Part shown: positions 1 to 11,455 of the stretch, one piece after another
Layout: every line of letters begins with the position of its first letter
Numbering within the stretch: position 1 is the stretch's first letter
Notes under the pieces: generated by a model
What the model was told of the DNA's origin: nothing
The model's input: only the letters and a program-made list of their open reading frames with translations
Database searches by the model: none
Made by a program: the position numbers and the translations under genes
NCBI GenBank assembly: GCA_002269645.1
Contig: NIVC01002001.1
Location: 124,001 to 188,000 of the forward strand
Length of the DNA: 64,000 bases
Origin: Macrostomum lignano
Taxonomy: Eukaryota
Reading direction: 5' to 3'

Positions 1-17
1 CAGACAGATAGACAGAC

Positions 18-64
<47 letters not shown>

Positions 65-89
65 TAGACAGACAGACAGACAGACAGAC
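1..89. repeat. (CAGA)n microsatellite
   Basis: Near-perfect CAGA/TAGA tetranucleotide run. Confidence 0.97.
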
Positions 90-90
90 G

Positions 91-905
91 GTGAGTGAGT
101 CACCTGCCCCACCTGTAGCTTGATGAGAATCTATATGAAGGGTCACCTTCCCCTAGCACCTATAACTCCATGGGATTCTTTTTTTTATTCTCTCTCATCA
201 AGGAACTAAATTTAAACAAAAGAATTGAATACTATTAATAAAGTTAATTAGTGTTGTTGAACTATTCTTACCTTTTAGCAAGCCATTAAGCCTGCTGACT
301 GAGCGACGCCCGAAAAAGGGATTTGGTTGGATTGGCGCCCCGTTTGTGGAGGAAGTTTAGACTTTATATAATCCAACTTTCCTGCCCAAAGCCAGCTAGC
401 TGTTCTGAGGCACTGTACTCTCTCTGTATTCTCTGTACAATTTATATAACTCTACGTAGCCACCTCTGACGGTCTGAATACAGTGCGCGCAGTAGTACAG
501 TCAAGAATGACGAGTGTAGCGCGGAGGGAAGCGTGTTTCTTGGAAATGAGACGCACTTTTAGGCTGGCGGGTGCGTATGGGGCGACTATTGTTTAAATCT
601 TCGCGTATAATAGTAACGTCGCTTACAATTACTAATAACGCAAACTTGTTATAATAGTCTGTTTAAGCAACCACTTGGAATGGAAACTTGTACATGTAAC
701 TATTCCAAACTATCCCTGAAAACTATTGAAATAACGAAATACCGGTAAATGTGATGTCAAAATATTTAGGGTGGTCAACTGCCCCCTCCCCTCCGTTACT
801 TCTACAAAGACCCTGCAGCTTCCTGGGATTCATAGTAGAAGGGTTTCAATATACAGGCCCCGCGGCTTCATAAGATTCGTAGAATTTGGGGTCAACTGCC
901 CCCTC
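91..905 (+). repeat. Dispersed non-coding repeat module, copy 1 (diverged direct copy at ~8250-9600)
   Basis: Collinear shared blocks, e.g. CTCCATGGGATTCTT, AAGGAACTAAATTT, TTGGTTGGATTGGCG, TTCTCTGTACAATTTATATAAC, ATACAGTGCGCGCAGT, GGAAATGAGACGCACTTTT, GTTTAAATCTTCGCG, ACTTGGAATGGAAACT, GGTAAATGTGATGTC. Both copies follow a CAGA run and contain GGTCA(C/A)CTGCCCC motifs. Confidence 0.85.
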
Positions 906-1604
906 TCATCACTGACATTGTTGGGTTCTTGATATTGATAAAAAACTGATGAAACCGCAGGCAATGCGCCGCAATCAGCCTGCAGGCAGTCGACGAAACG
1001 CGGAGTGCGCGCCTCTATTTTAATTTAGCAAATTTCTTGTCTCCTACGAATTCTCTCTCTGCCCGGAAACTCCACGGAATTGCCCTGGAAATATCGCGGA
1101 TTTGCCGCCCGAACATGGAACCTTTTCTCTTTCCTTCCTTCTCTTGCTATGAAAAGTACGCTTTACTAATCAGCCAACATTTTGCTAGCTGCAATTCGCT
1201 AGCAAATATAACTATCGACTATTTGAAACTAAAGTTCGCAATGGATAAACAAAAATAATTGAATTTTGTTATAACAAATTATTTCAATTTATTTTTTGCT
1301 TAGTTAAAAACGGAAAATAACAGTTAAAGAATTTAAATATATATATCAAACTTTTTCTGGGGTCTTTGGAATACAGTATGAAATAAGAGAAACTGGTACA
1401 CATATAGACATATAATAATTACAGAAAAACGTAGTAGGAATTACCAATTTTTTTGAAAGAACAATAAGAGAATATATGGAGTTTATATATATATAGGGCA
1501 TGCATTTTAGATTCATTTTAGCGGATAAATATACAAAAACTGTTTACTTTTTGACTCCTGCACTGAAATAAGTAAGATTAGCGATTGACAGACAAAAGAC
1601 AAGT

Positions 1605-2051
1605 TTAAAACTCAACGCCCAGGTGGGACAAATCAAATACTACAGCAGTTTCACTGACAGCCAGAGTCACCTGCACCGCTCCATCAGACGTCACTCCTCT
1701 GCTGCTGTCTTCAATACGAAAGCGGCCAGATGCTCTCTGAAGAAGCTCCTTGAGGTCACCATTGCTTTCCCAGCCGTCGTGAAGCTTCACCAGCATGCAG
1801 GTATAAAGTTGGAACCGGCCAGGTTGCTCAGAAACATTCGTTGGAATTCGGACTCTCAATCGCAGCTCAGCGAGACTGAACTCGGCGAATCCTGGATCGC
1901 CAGTCTGCACTGGTGGCAGGGGTTGGAAGGTGCAGACGTCTCTAAACTTTCGCATTTGTTTATCGCTTATAAAATGTCGATCTTTGATTGACTGCAGGAC
2001 AATGATGTTTTGTCCAACAGGTTTGTTTGGTCGGCTTGTAACCGTCGGCAT
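1605..2051 (-). CDS. Uncharacterised 148-aa protein, paralog of 6122-6595
   Basis: ATG ORF. Aligns by eye with the 157-aa ORF at 6122-6595 (RHFISDKQMRKFRD vs RKFISERLLRQHRD; YTCMLVKLHDGWESNGDLKELL vs HECYLVKLHDGWETNAPLRRLL). No family recognised. Confidence 0.7.
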   Translation of the reverse strand: MPTVTSRPNKPVGQNIIVLQSIKDRHFISDKQMRKFRDVCTFQPLPPVQTGDPGFAEFSLAELRLRVRIPTNVSEQPGRFQLYTCMLVKLHDGWESNGDLKELLQRASGRFRIEDSSRGVTSDGAVQVTLAVSETAVVFDLSHLGVEF

Positions 2052-2246
2052 AGTTAATCGGAAGACTTAAACCAGTTGTAGAACACGAAGCAGCATCTGG
2101 GAACACCAATCGGGCCATCTCGCAAACCAGCAAGCATTTAGACAATCAGCATTTGATGTTGGCCGTCTTACTTTGAAAGCTCGATCTTGGACTAAGCATT
2201 TGTTGTAGTTGTTATTCACGACGCATTTATCTTTCTTGTGCTCGGC

Positions 2247-2982
2247 TGCAAGGACCACTATAGCACTACTATCCCATACAGCAATCCGACATCGTCAGGG
2301 ATGTCGGTTGACGTTTTCGACATCCATCGATGTCGATGACAGATAAGTACTTTTACATTACACCGACTTTCAGCCGACGTATGACACCGTTATCTGTCGA
2401 TGTAATGTAAAAGTATATATCTGTCATAAACTTCGACAGATGTCGGAAACGTCAGCCGACTTCCGTGACATCAGATTGCTGTACGGTACTGTAGCACTAC
2501 AATGATCCTTGCTCTGATGATGATGACACTTCACCAAATCCTACTAATCGAATTGAGTTCAACTGAGTTCGATTGATAGGATCCGGCATGACACCCGTAC
2601 AGCAGTCCGCCGTCAAGTGCATCGGCAGACGTTCCCGACATCCATCGATGTCGATGACAAATACGTGCTTTTAAATTACATCGACAGATAACGACGTCAT
2701 ACGTCGGCTGAATGTCGGTGCAATGTAAAAGTACTCATCTGTCATCGACATCGATAGATGTCGGAAACCTCAACCGACATCCCTGACGTCGGACTGCTGT
2801 ACGGGATAGTAGGACTACAGTAGTCCTTGCTCGGATGATGATGACGTTTTGCCAAATCCAATCAATCAAACTGTTTGATAGAATTGTTTGATTGATAGGA
2901 TTCAGCATGACACACGTACAGAAATCCGACGTCGGGATTGAACCAACGTCGGTCGACATCCCGGACGTCGGATTGCTGTACG
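2247..2982. repeat. Array of imperfect ~210-bp palindromic units (U1 2277-2486, U2 2595-2804, deleted U3 2915-2982) separated by ~110-bp direct-repeat spacers
   Basis: Each unit begins (CG)TACAG(C/A)A(A/G)TC and ends GA(T/C)TGCTGTACG. Inner arms of U1 are TGACAGAT..TACTTTTACATTACA / TGTAATGTAAAAGTA..ATCTGTCA. U2 is the reverse complement of U1. Confidence 0.9.
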
Positions 2983-5900
2983 GAACAACCACTTCAGCGA
3001 CAATCGCTGACAGACGCCGCGCAGAATGCTTGCTGTATGCGAGATCGCCCGATTTTTAGTGCTGGTGATTCCCAGTTTACTGCTGATTGCCGACAAAAAC
3101 TTTTACCGAAACTTAAGAACGGTCAGGTCCGATCTTACAAACCGAAGCGGTGCGGCAGTGTTGCTCTCCTCAGAGTATTCAGCTATTCGAAGAAATCTCA
3201 TTGAGCTTATGACTGCGAAATTTGAACTGTATCCAAAATTGTATTAGAAGTACACGATCTCCAGATCAGCCAGAGCTAGTATAACAGAGTTCGTTCAGCT
3301 TAAACAGCAAGGTAGCTTAACCAGAGAGTTCTGAACTGACCACCTTTCCGAAAACTGATACATCAGTCGATTGAAATATTAGGTAGAAAGCGTTTCATTG
3401 CTTGTCAAGCTACATGGCGACAGAACAAAACTAATAACAGTTTGTCGACGTTCGTTAACGAAAGGACGACTTCTGCGTAGGCACATTCCAGTCCTTCTAT
3501 TTGGTATCACCAGGCGTGCCGAAAAAAAGTAGAAACTACGCTTGATAGCGAAAGCATTGACTACTAATATTGGACAATCGTCCACGACGCTATGACTAGG
3601 CGGGGCTGATTCCGAAAGTTCGGATACCACGCGCGTAATCGAAGTGTCGGCTGAGGCAAGTATTACCTACTGCGGCAACAAGTCGCCTCTGCTTCCGACG
3701 AGTCCGGGAACGACGTTCAACTCCACTTGAGTCTCACACATGTTCGCGCACGCTCTACCAAATAAGAGTCAGAATTGTATGAGGGAAAGGAGTTGAAGGA
3801 AATATAAAAAAATAAACAAACTGTAACGGGTAATACTGAAGACTTAAACGCAAATAATATTCTAAGAGCAAATAAACGAAAACAATTAATAGTGGCTATT
3901 GGAATTCGAAGAAAGAAAAGGTGAGGTGATAGGTGAGTAGATGAGATCTTTGAGCACTCCTCCAATCCGAAATAATAAAAGCCGTCTCAGAGTCTCTCGG
4001 GAGTTGCTGCAGATGGTTGAACTCCGTCGAGATTTCCGGTCAGCCATTCACTCTCAGATGTTGGATCTCTTTCATCCTTGAAAGCCGTCGCAAATTTAAC
4101 CCCGCTCGCCACCCCGTTGGCCCCCCGAATACCGCTGCTGACTCTGTGGGGGGATACATTTGGTACGAAAGGATAATGATTCTCAGATTGGCGATTCACA
4201 TAGCATATACTGTCAACTACTGTCAATATATAATTACCCACTGCTGCCAGTATAGTCCGCGCCGAGCGTCATGGGATTCTATGAGGAGGTCATCTGGGCT
4301 CCCTTCTACCCTTTACAATAATCTGTTGGATACTTAGTTCTTGATCCGTCAATACGTCACTAGCTTACATAGGTGTGTGATCGTTTTGAAAGGATAAAAA
4401 ACAGTCTACTCACCACAGCCAAGCCATACGCAAAACAATTGCGGCTTCTGTAGATATTAACTGGTCTGTTCTCTCTGCTTAATGTCTGCCCAGGAAATTC
4501 TGGCTTTATATATTGAGCGATAGACGGGGTGATAGAGGGTGAGTGATGAGTGATGAGATTACGCGCGTTTTTATCGCATACAAACGTACTCGTAGCTCAA
4601 GTACATCACACACACAATAGGCGTGAGTTGTATTCGCAATAAATTTCTTGGAATTTAAATTTCTCTCTTTTGCAACCGTTACTTCATGCGTATGACGAAA
4701 CGTTTTACTTCAGCATTTCCTAGAATTTGCTGTTAGTATTGCTTTATTTAGCTACCAACTGAAAACCCGTTCCTTAATTAGTCTGAAACGGGGAATGGCA
4801 ACACGACATAGAACGATCCTAGAACAAGGACTACGTACGCTACAGCTACATGCTCGTATACTAAGTAGGATTCCTGTCCAGGGATTTCTATAGCACTGTC
4901 CTTGGGCCATGCATGCAACAAAAGAAAACAACACGCACAATGCTGACGATTTGGGCTATGCATGGTTACTGGGTTAGGGTTTAGGATAGGGTGCAGGGGT
5001 CGCCATGGATTTTATGTTGGGGGAAACAAAGCCAATAATTCTATACAGACTAAATTCCTATTGTACATTATTTTGGAAATCGATGTTGCTAGCACCTCAT
5101 TTTGGCGTCGCAGACACTCTGATACATAAATTATTAATTCCCACAACGGGTCACAAGGTAGGTTTATACATATACATTTCGAATGGTATAGTCGATGTCA
5201 CTTATAAATAAAAAATTGCTTATAAAATTTATCGAACACTCATTATTTATTAATTATGTACTTTACGTACATGTATGACTAGATGAAACATTTTTATATT
5301 TAAATTTAAATTTCATTTTTATAGGTAGAGATATTATTTAATGAGTTATCAACAAAAATTTGGACTCGTTATAGTTAAAGTGAGCGATGATGACGAAATT
5401 TTGAAAATAAAGCACTACTTGGTTTTTTTTATATTTAGCAATTTCTCAGAGAGAAATAATTGCAGTAGCTAGCTCGAATATGGGTATAGTACCGTATATT
5501 AAAATTAACAATTATTCCAGCTTTCGAGATAATAACTTTACTGCTCGCATATTACATAAATGAAGCATAAGTGGCTACAATTAGAAGAAGAATAGAAACG
5601 AAGTTGCAATTCTAATTACGAGCGTATATACATATATATATATATATATATAAATATATAATAATTATTATATATGTATTTGGTTAAAACAATAGCTTTC
5701 GCGCAAAATTTTATGAAAAAGCTACTGTGTTTGAATGAAAATTAAATAGTTAAAAAACATAAATAATATGAATTTTTGCCATAAAAATTGAAGCAATTCT
5801 AAAAAAATTATGAAACATTTAATTAATTGATCGACAGTTATTGCAGTAGATATATAATAGTATATGCATAGGATGAGTATCTCGTACACTGATAATTTTT

Positions 5901-6121
5901 TAAATAAAAGTACTAAAGTATTTTGTAAAAAGATTTTTGAGAAGTACTTACAAAACATCCGGTTTTAAAGCTTAAATAAACAAATTTTGAGTTTCAATTA
6001 ACTAAGTTTTCTGCATGAGTTAGCTGCTGAACAACAACAATAATACGATATCAGCAATGCGAGTACGGAACGCAGGCACTATAACAAAACTGCGCTAGCT
6101 TTATTCGCTGTAGATGATCAA

Positions 6122-6595
6122 TCAAGACCCGGAATCGCAGTGCACATACAGCAGCTCAGAGTCAGCACTTCTGCAAGCCGACAGCATGCGGCAACCACTT
6201 GAAGCCGCCGCTAGGAGTCTTCGGAGCGGGGCGTTGGTCTCCCAGCCGTCATGCAGCTTCACCAGGTAGCACTCGTGCAGGAAGCTGCCCTCCGGTAGCC
6301 TAGCAGCAACAGCGGACGTCTGTTGCACACTTCTCGAGCTGGTCGTCTTGATTCTCAGCGCCGGAAAATCATTTTCAACTTCGTTGAAGTTGAAAATCGT
6401 CGAGCAGAAATTGTTGTCAGACTGCTTAACTGCTGGACGATACACTGTGACGTGGTCTCTGTGCTGACGAAGCAATCGCTCGCTAATAAACTTTCGACTG
6501 GATATTGACATTGCGAGAAGCAGATATTCTCCAACATCGGGTGGCATCGTGTCCCAGAGAGGTTGGGTTGGCAGACAGGTTTCTCTTAATGTCAT
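6122..6595 (-). CDS. Uncharacterised 157-aa protein, paralog of 1605-2051
   Basis: ATG ORF sharing LVKLHDGWE and other blocks with 1605-2051. Confidence 0.7.
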   Translation of the reverse strand: MTLRETCLPTQPLWDTMPPDVGEYLLLAMSISSRKFISERLLRQHRDHVTVYRPAVKQSDNNFCSTIFNFNEVENDFPALRIKTTSSRSVQQTSAVAARLPEGSFLHECYLVKLHDGWETNAPLRRLLAAASSGCRMLSACRSADSELLYVHCDSGS

Positions 6596-7120
6596 TTGTC
6601 TTCGAAATAATATGATTTCAATCGCAGCTACCGGAAACGAAAAGGCTTATCTCGCAAACTAGATGGTTAAAACAAGCTTTCGTTGGCGAATATCCCGATG
6701 TTGAACCCATTTATTCATGTCTAGGTCAATTTTGATCGTAGTGTGTAGGCCCGCGCTTGTCTTGTTGATTCCCCATATCTTTAGTTAGTTAGTCGAAGGA
6801 TGAAGTTTACGACCATGCTGCCTTGTCGAGTCTCAATCCAGAAGACTCTCGACAGCACGATCGATTTACAAATTCTCCCATCGGCTTAGAAGATATCTCT
6901 TCAGTTTGAAGCTTCTATCACCAATGGCGTCGGTTTTGCTGACCCGCAAAAATTATACGGTCAGTAAGTGTAGCCCATTTACGTCCTACCTGAGACCGAA
7001 TTGTTTATTCGTCACGCGTAGTAGGCGTAGTCATAGAGGCTGCTGTCTCCGATCAACTCCAATTAATAATTAGTTCTTTAGTAGGAAGACTAATTATGTT
7101 GGGTCGCAAGTTTGACAGCT

Positions 7121-7134
7121 GTTGCCATGGCATC
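7121..7134. promoter_or_regulatory. Near-perfect RFX X-box (GTTGCCATGGCATC)
   Basis: One mismatch to the palindromic X-box GTTGCCATGGCAAC; about 530 bp upstream of the 6595 start codon. Confidence 0.4.
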
Positions 7135-7344
7135 ATCGCCGTGGGCTTAAAAGTCGTTCCTCGAATGGGAGGAACTCTTCCGCCGGAATTTGGTTCACAA
7201 AACCAAAAACCGATGTGACGTAAGAATTTTGAGGGGAAGTAACAGAAATAAAGGCTGGTTAGGTGGGATGAATGAGAGTTAAGATAAATTAGAGTCCCGA
7301 ATATGTAGGGTCGAGACTATTAAAATTATACCACTAAGGAATTC

Positions 7345-7705
7345 AGGTGAACTACAGGGTTACCACCATCCAAAGTACAGGTGAACTACAGGATTCCCCC
7401 CCCCCCTAGGTATCCAGGTGAACTACAGGATTACCCCCTAGGTATCCAGGTGAACTACAGGATTACCCCCTAGGTATCCAGGTGAACTACAGGATTACCC
7501 CCCCCCTAGGTATCCAGGTGAACTACAGGATTACCCTCCCCCCTAGGTATCCAGGTGAACTGCAGGATTACCCCCTAGGTATCCAGGTGAACTACAGGAT
7601 TACCCCCCCCCTAGGTATCCAGGTGAACTACAGGATTACCCCCCCCCTAGGTATCCAGGTGAACTACAGGATTACCCCCCCCCCCTAGGTATCCAGGTAA
7701 ACTGC
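7345..7705. repeat. ~29-33-bp minisatellite (CCTAGGTATCCAGGTGAACTACAGGATTACCCC)
   Basis: About 11 tandem copies differing mainly in C-run length. Confidence 0.95.
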
Positions 7706-8212
7706 AGGGCTACACCTGGATGAGAGGCCATGCAAGTACATGTGAGACCATAGATTAGGGTTTCCACAGAGAGACAGGGACCCTGGGTTATTTAGAGACA
7801 ATACTATCTATGGAGATGGAGATGGAATGATTAATAAAATATAAAAATACAAAATGAGAGTTAATGAAATTAGAGACGGACCAAAAACGGAAAGAAAATT
7901 AAATGATGAATATATTAAAAGAGGGAGTAAAGACGCGATGACGCGATTGATGAAGCAGATGACATCGACGAGTGCTCCGACCGTCGTTAGTGAGCGGTTA
8001 AATCAATTCGAACTCAATGTTGCACCAGCATTGAGTTCTTGTTCCATCTCTGTTGTTATCTCGTCCATTCCCCTCTCGCGCAACTCCCAGCGCTTTCCTC
8101 ACCCGCTGCGATTCCGGAAAGCCGCTGGATCTGCGGATGTGAGAAGGGATACTTGGGGATCTTGGTTGGTACCAAGGACTACTAGAAATAAGGACGGTAA
8201 CTTCTTGACAGT

Positions 8213-8250
8213 CAGACAGACAGACAGACAGGCAGGCAGGCAGGCAGGCA
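8213..8250. repeat. (CAGA)n(CAGG)n microsatellite
   Basis: Direct reading. Confidence 0.9.
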
Positions 8251-9600
8251 GGGGGTCACCTGCCCCCCTACAGTACACTCACTAACCTCAGCTTCACGGG
8301 ATTTTGTGAAGGGTCACCTGCCCCCCCCCTACATGTACGAAGTTAACCTTAACTTAACTTAACCTACTCATTAACCATGTAGCTTCACGGGATTATGAAG
8401 GGTCACCTGCCCCCCCCCCTACATGTACAGTACACTCATTAACCTTGTAGCTTCACGGGATTGAGAAGGGTCACCTGCCCCCCCCCCCTACATGTACAGT
8501 ACACTCATTAACCTTGTAGCTTCACGGGATTGTGAAGGGTCACCTGCCCCCCCCCTACATGTACAGTACACTCATTAACCTTGTAGCTTCACGGGATTGT
8601 GAAGGGTCACCTGCCCCCCCCCTACATGTACAGTACACTCATTAACCTTGTAGCTTCACGGGATTGTGAAGGGTCACTGCCCCCATACTAACGCGTAACT
8701 GGTACTGGTACCTCCATGGGATTCTTAAAGCGGTTTCCCCCTCCATCAAGGAAGGAAGTTAAGGAACTAAATTTCAACAAACGAATATTTTGGATTCTTT
8801 CGAATTATGAAGTTAATGATAGCCATCGCTAATCTGCTCTTACCTTCTAGTAAGCCATTGGGTAGACTGATTGAACGACGCCAAATAATGAATCAGGAAT
8901 TGGTTGGATTGGCGGTCCTCTAGTGAAGAAATGTTTGTCTATATATAATCAAGCCTTCTGTACTGAGGCAGAGGCCCTGTCTGTACAGCTCTCTCTGTGT
9001 TCTCTGTACAATTTATATAACACGACGTGGCCACTTCTGACGGGCTGATACAGTGCGCGCAGTGACAGACCGGGCAGACTGCAGTACAGTCTAGAAAGAG
9101 GAGGGTGGCGCGGAAGAGGGGACGGCGACGGGGCGTGTTTCTAGGAAATGAGACGCACTTTTATTCGGGCGGGTGCGTGTGGGGCGACTATGTTTAAATC
9201 TTCGCGCGTTGAGAATGACTCATAGTGCAAACTGGTTTCTTTTTAGCCATGGACGCCAGTCTGTTTACGAAAAAAACTTGGAATGGAAACTATAATACTT
9301 GGTAAATGTGATGTCGAAATATTTAGAGAGGTCACCTGCCGCCCTTTTGCTTCTAAAATGACCCCTGTAGCTTCAGAGGATTCGTTTAAGGGGGTCACCT
9401 GTCTCCATCTCCTATATAATGAGCCTTGCAGTTTAATGCATAGAAGGGGGTCACCTGCCCCCTCTAATTACCAACCTTGTTTTTTACTTCTAAAATGACC
9501 CCTGTCATGGGATTCGTTGAAGGGGGTCACCTGTCTCCTTCTCCAATATAATGAGCCTTGCAGCTTACTCCATATAAGGGGGTCACCTGCCCCCTCTCAT
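8250..9600 (+). repeat. Dispersed repeat module, copy 2, including a ~68-bp tandem array at ~8305-8685
   Basis: Homologous to 91-905. Unit GAAGGGTCACCTGCCCCCCCCTACATGTACAGTACACTCATTAACCTTGTAGCTTCACGGGATTGT occurs about 6 times. Confidence 0.85.
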
Positions 9601-11221
9601 TACCAACCTTATTTGGTTTTTGACATTGATTAATTGATAGATAAATTTCGAGAATGTTAGAGTTTTCTCATCAAACTGAAAACACCGTCTGCTTCGTGCT
9701 TCGGAATAGGCTACTATGGTAAGTAAGCAAGTTCGCATTTATTTTTCGGTATTTTCTGCAGTTTACTATAAACTGCAACTGACAGTTTGTATTTATCATT
9801 TCCTGTGTGTGTTTATACGAGAGAACGTTTGGTGGAACAGAAACAATCCGAACAAAACTTTTATTGCAGTTCCGGAAAAAAATCCAGCAAAATGTTTTCT
9901 TTACGTGAATTTGCCAATAAAACGGCGACCCGTGAGACCCCTTCACTACTGATCAATGTATACATTATAATTCATCCCATACATGTACGCGAAAGACTTT
10001 CCAAATTATATAATACGGTATTACTAGGATATTACTTATTTATTATGATCGTACTGTGATAGAGCCTTGCCATTTAAATTTTAAAATGCGTTTCTTCTGC
10101 TTCTCGGGAAGCTACTAAGTGGGTCAATAGGTTTTAAAAAAACAGACGATGCCGCATCTAAAAGTCACGAGACCCACTCTGGATAAAAAATATTATTTTT
10201 TCACTTTCCGTGCCTGTATCCAATGTGACTAATTGTGCTGCAACATGCGGTTGTACTTGTACCATAATACAATAACAAAAGCGCAGCCAAAAATAAACCA
10301 CAATTATACCGTAGTCAGTCAGCATGTATCACTACAATGCCAAGCAATTTAAAGATTAACGCCCTGTTATATGCATGTCTTCATACGCTCGTACTCATAG
10401 CTAATTTTAGCTGCCCTCGCCAGCTCACGCCTTCACCCCGGGGCCGCCGGTCAGACGGGCCGCCAGGACAGCCCGCCCAGCCCAGCTGCCCAATACCCTG
10501 CCCCCCGCTGCGAGTTAAAATTATCTCTTGCAATGTACAAGAAACTGTCGTCATTATTGTGTAAGACAAGTTTAGTGTGCGTACAATTTAAATAGAATGT
10601 ACATGCCCCTTCACCCCCCGGCCCGCGGCCCGGCCCGAACCCCCGGGGAGTGGGGTGGGGCTGTTAAATTGGGCCCAGCGCGCCAGACGCTGGACCTTGG
10701 CGAGGCGAGGGAGACGGGGGGTTACCCTTAACCCTTAACATTGCGGCTCTTAGAGGAGAAGCGGAAAAGGGAAAGATGTGAGTGAGTCACTCGGAGGGGG
10801 TGGGGCTGTGGTCGACCCCGCTCTTCTCCCTCTCTCACACTCTCGCCCAATCCTAGTCCAATCCAATAAACGATCTGGAGCGAATTGTAGTAAGAGAGAG
10901 GCGAGCGAGGCAAGGGGTAGAAGGCGGGCGTATTACGATTGTAAAAAGCCTATTATTCATTTCTGCGGAATTTCATAGCTCCACCCCGACTAACGAGTAT
11001 ACAAAGCCAAGCAGAGGTTTGGCCTTGTCAAAGAAACAGCCAGAAAATAAAAAAAAACTGTTTTTATTATTCTTCGGAAGGTGATTCCCGGAACAGAGAA
11101 ATAAAATTTCAGCCGACGCACTCCCCCGGATTGAATCAATAGGAAAAAGAAGTATTCAGAAATCCGGAAAATAAATTTAAAAACACATTTGAAGAAGTGT
11201 TCCTTCTTTTACCATTTTTTG

Positions 11222-11288
11222 CACGTGACTACATCCGCGTCATTGGACAGAAACGCCTAGCAGAAGGATCGTGTCATCTGTATAAATA
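11222..11288 (+). promoter_or_regulatory. Putative core promoter of the BH3-only gene (E-box CACGTG, inverted CCAAT, TATAAATA at 11281)
   Basis: The motifs are in the expected order, about 170-235 bp upstream of ATG 11456. Confidence 0.45.
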
Positions 11289-11455
11289 AACCTACAAACC
11301 GCAGCGTGTTCCCCATAAAAATACAGTTAAAATTTCCCCTTAAAGAGGAAATTGCCAGCCACGGGAAGGACAAATCCTCTGAACTTCAAATGCCCGCGCT
11401 GGCAAGCAACGGAAAAGTTCTCTTCTGAAACGCAACCATCATCACGGATTTCATC

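Noticed and set aside
330-620. Coding remnant in the duplicated module (VELYKLYREYRES / VVLYKLYREHRES)
   Set aside because: Frames are broken by stops and indels, and differences fall mostly at codon positions 1-2.
2505-2570. C/D-box snoRNA (ATGATGA ... CTGA)
   Set aside because: The box D candidate is not retained in the duplicate spacer S2, and there is no terminal stem.
3361-3480. Plus-strand LLVKLHGD / RKRFIA resembling orphan-family motifs
   Set aside because: The matches are in different frames, in the wrong order, and too short.
5722-5958. Hydrophobic 78-aa ORF
   Set aside because: An artefact of very AT-rich sequence (F/I/L/K bias).
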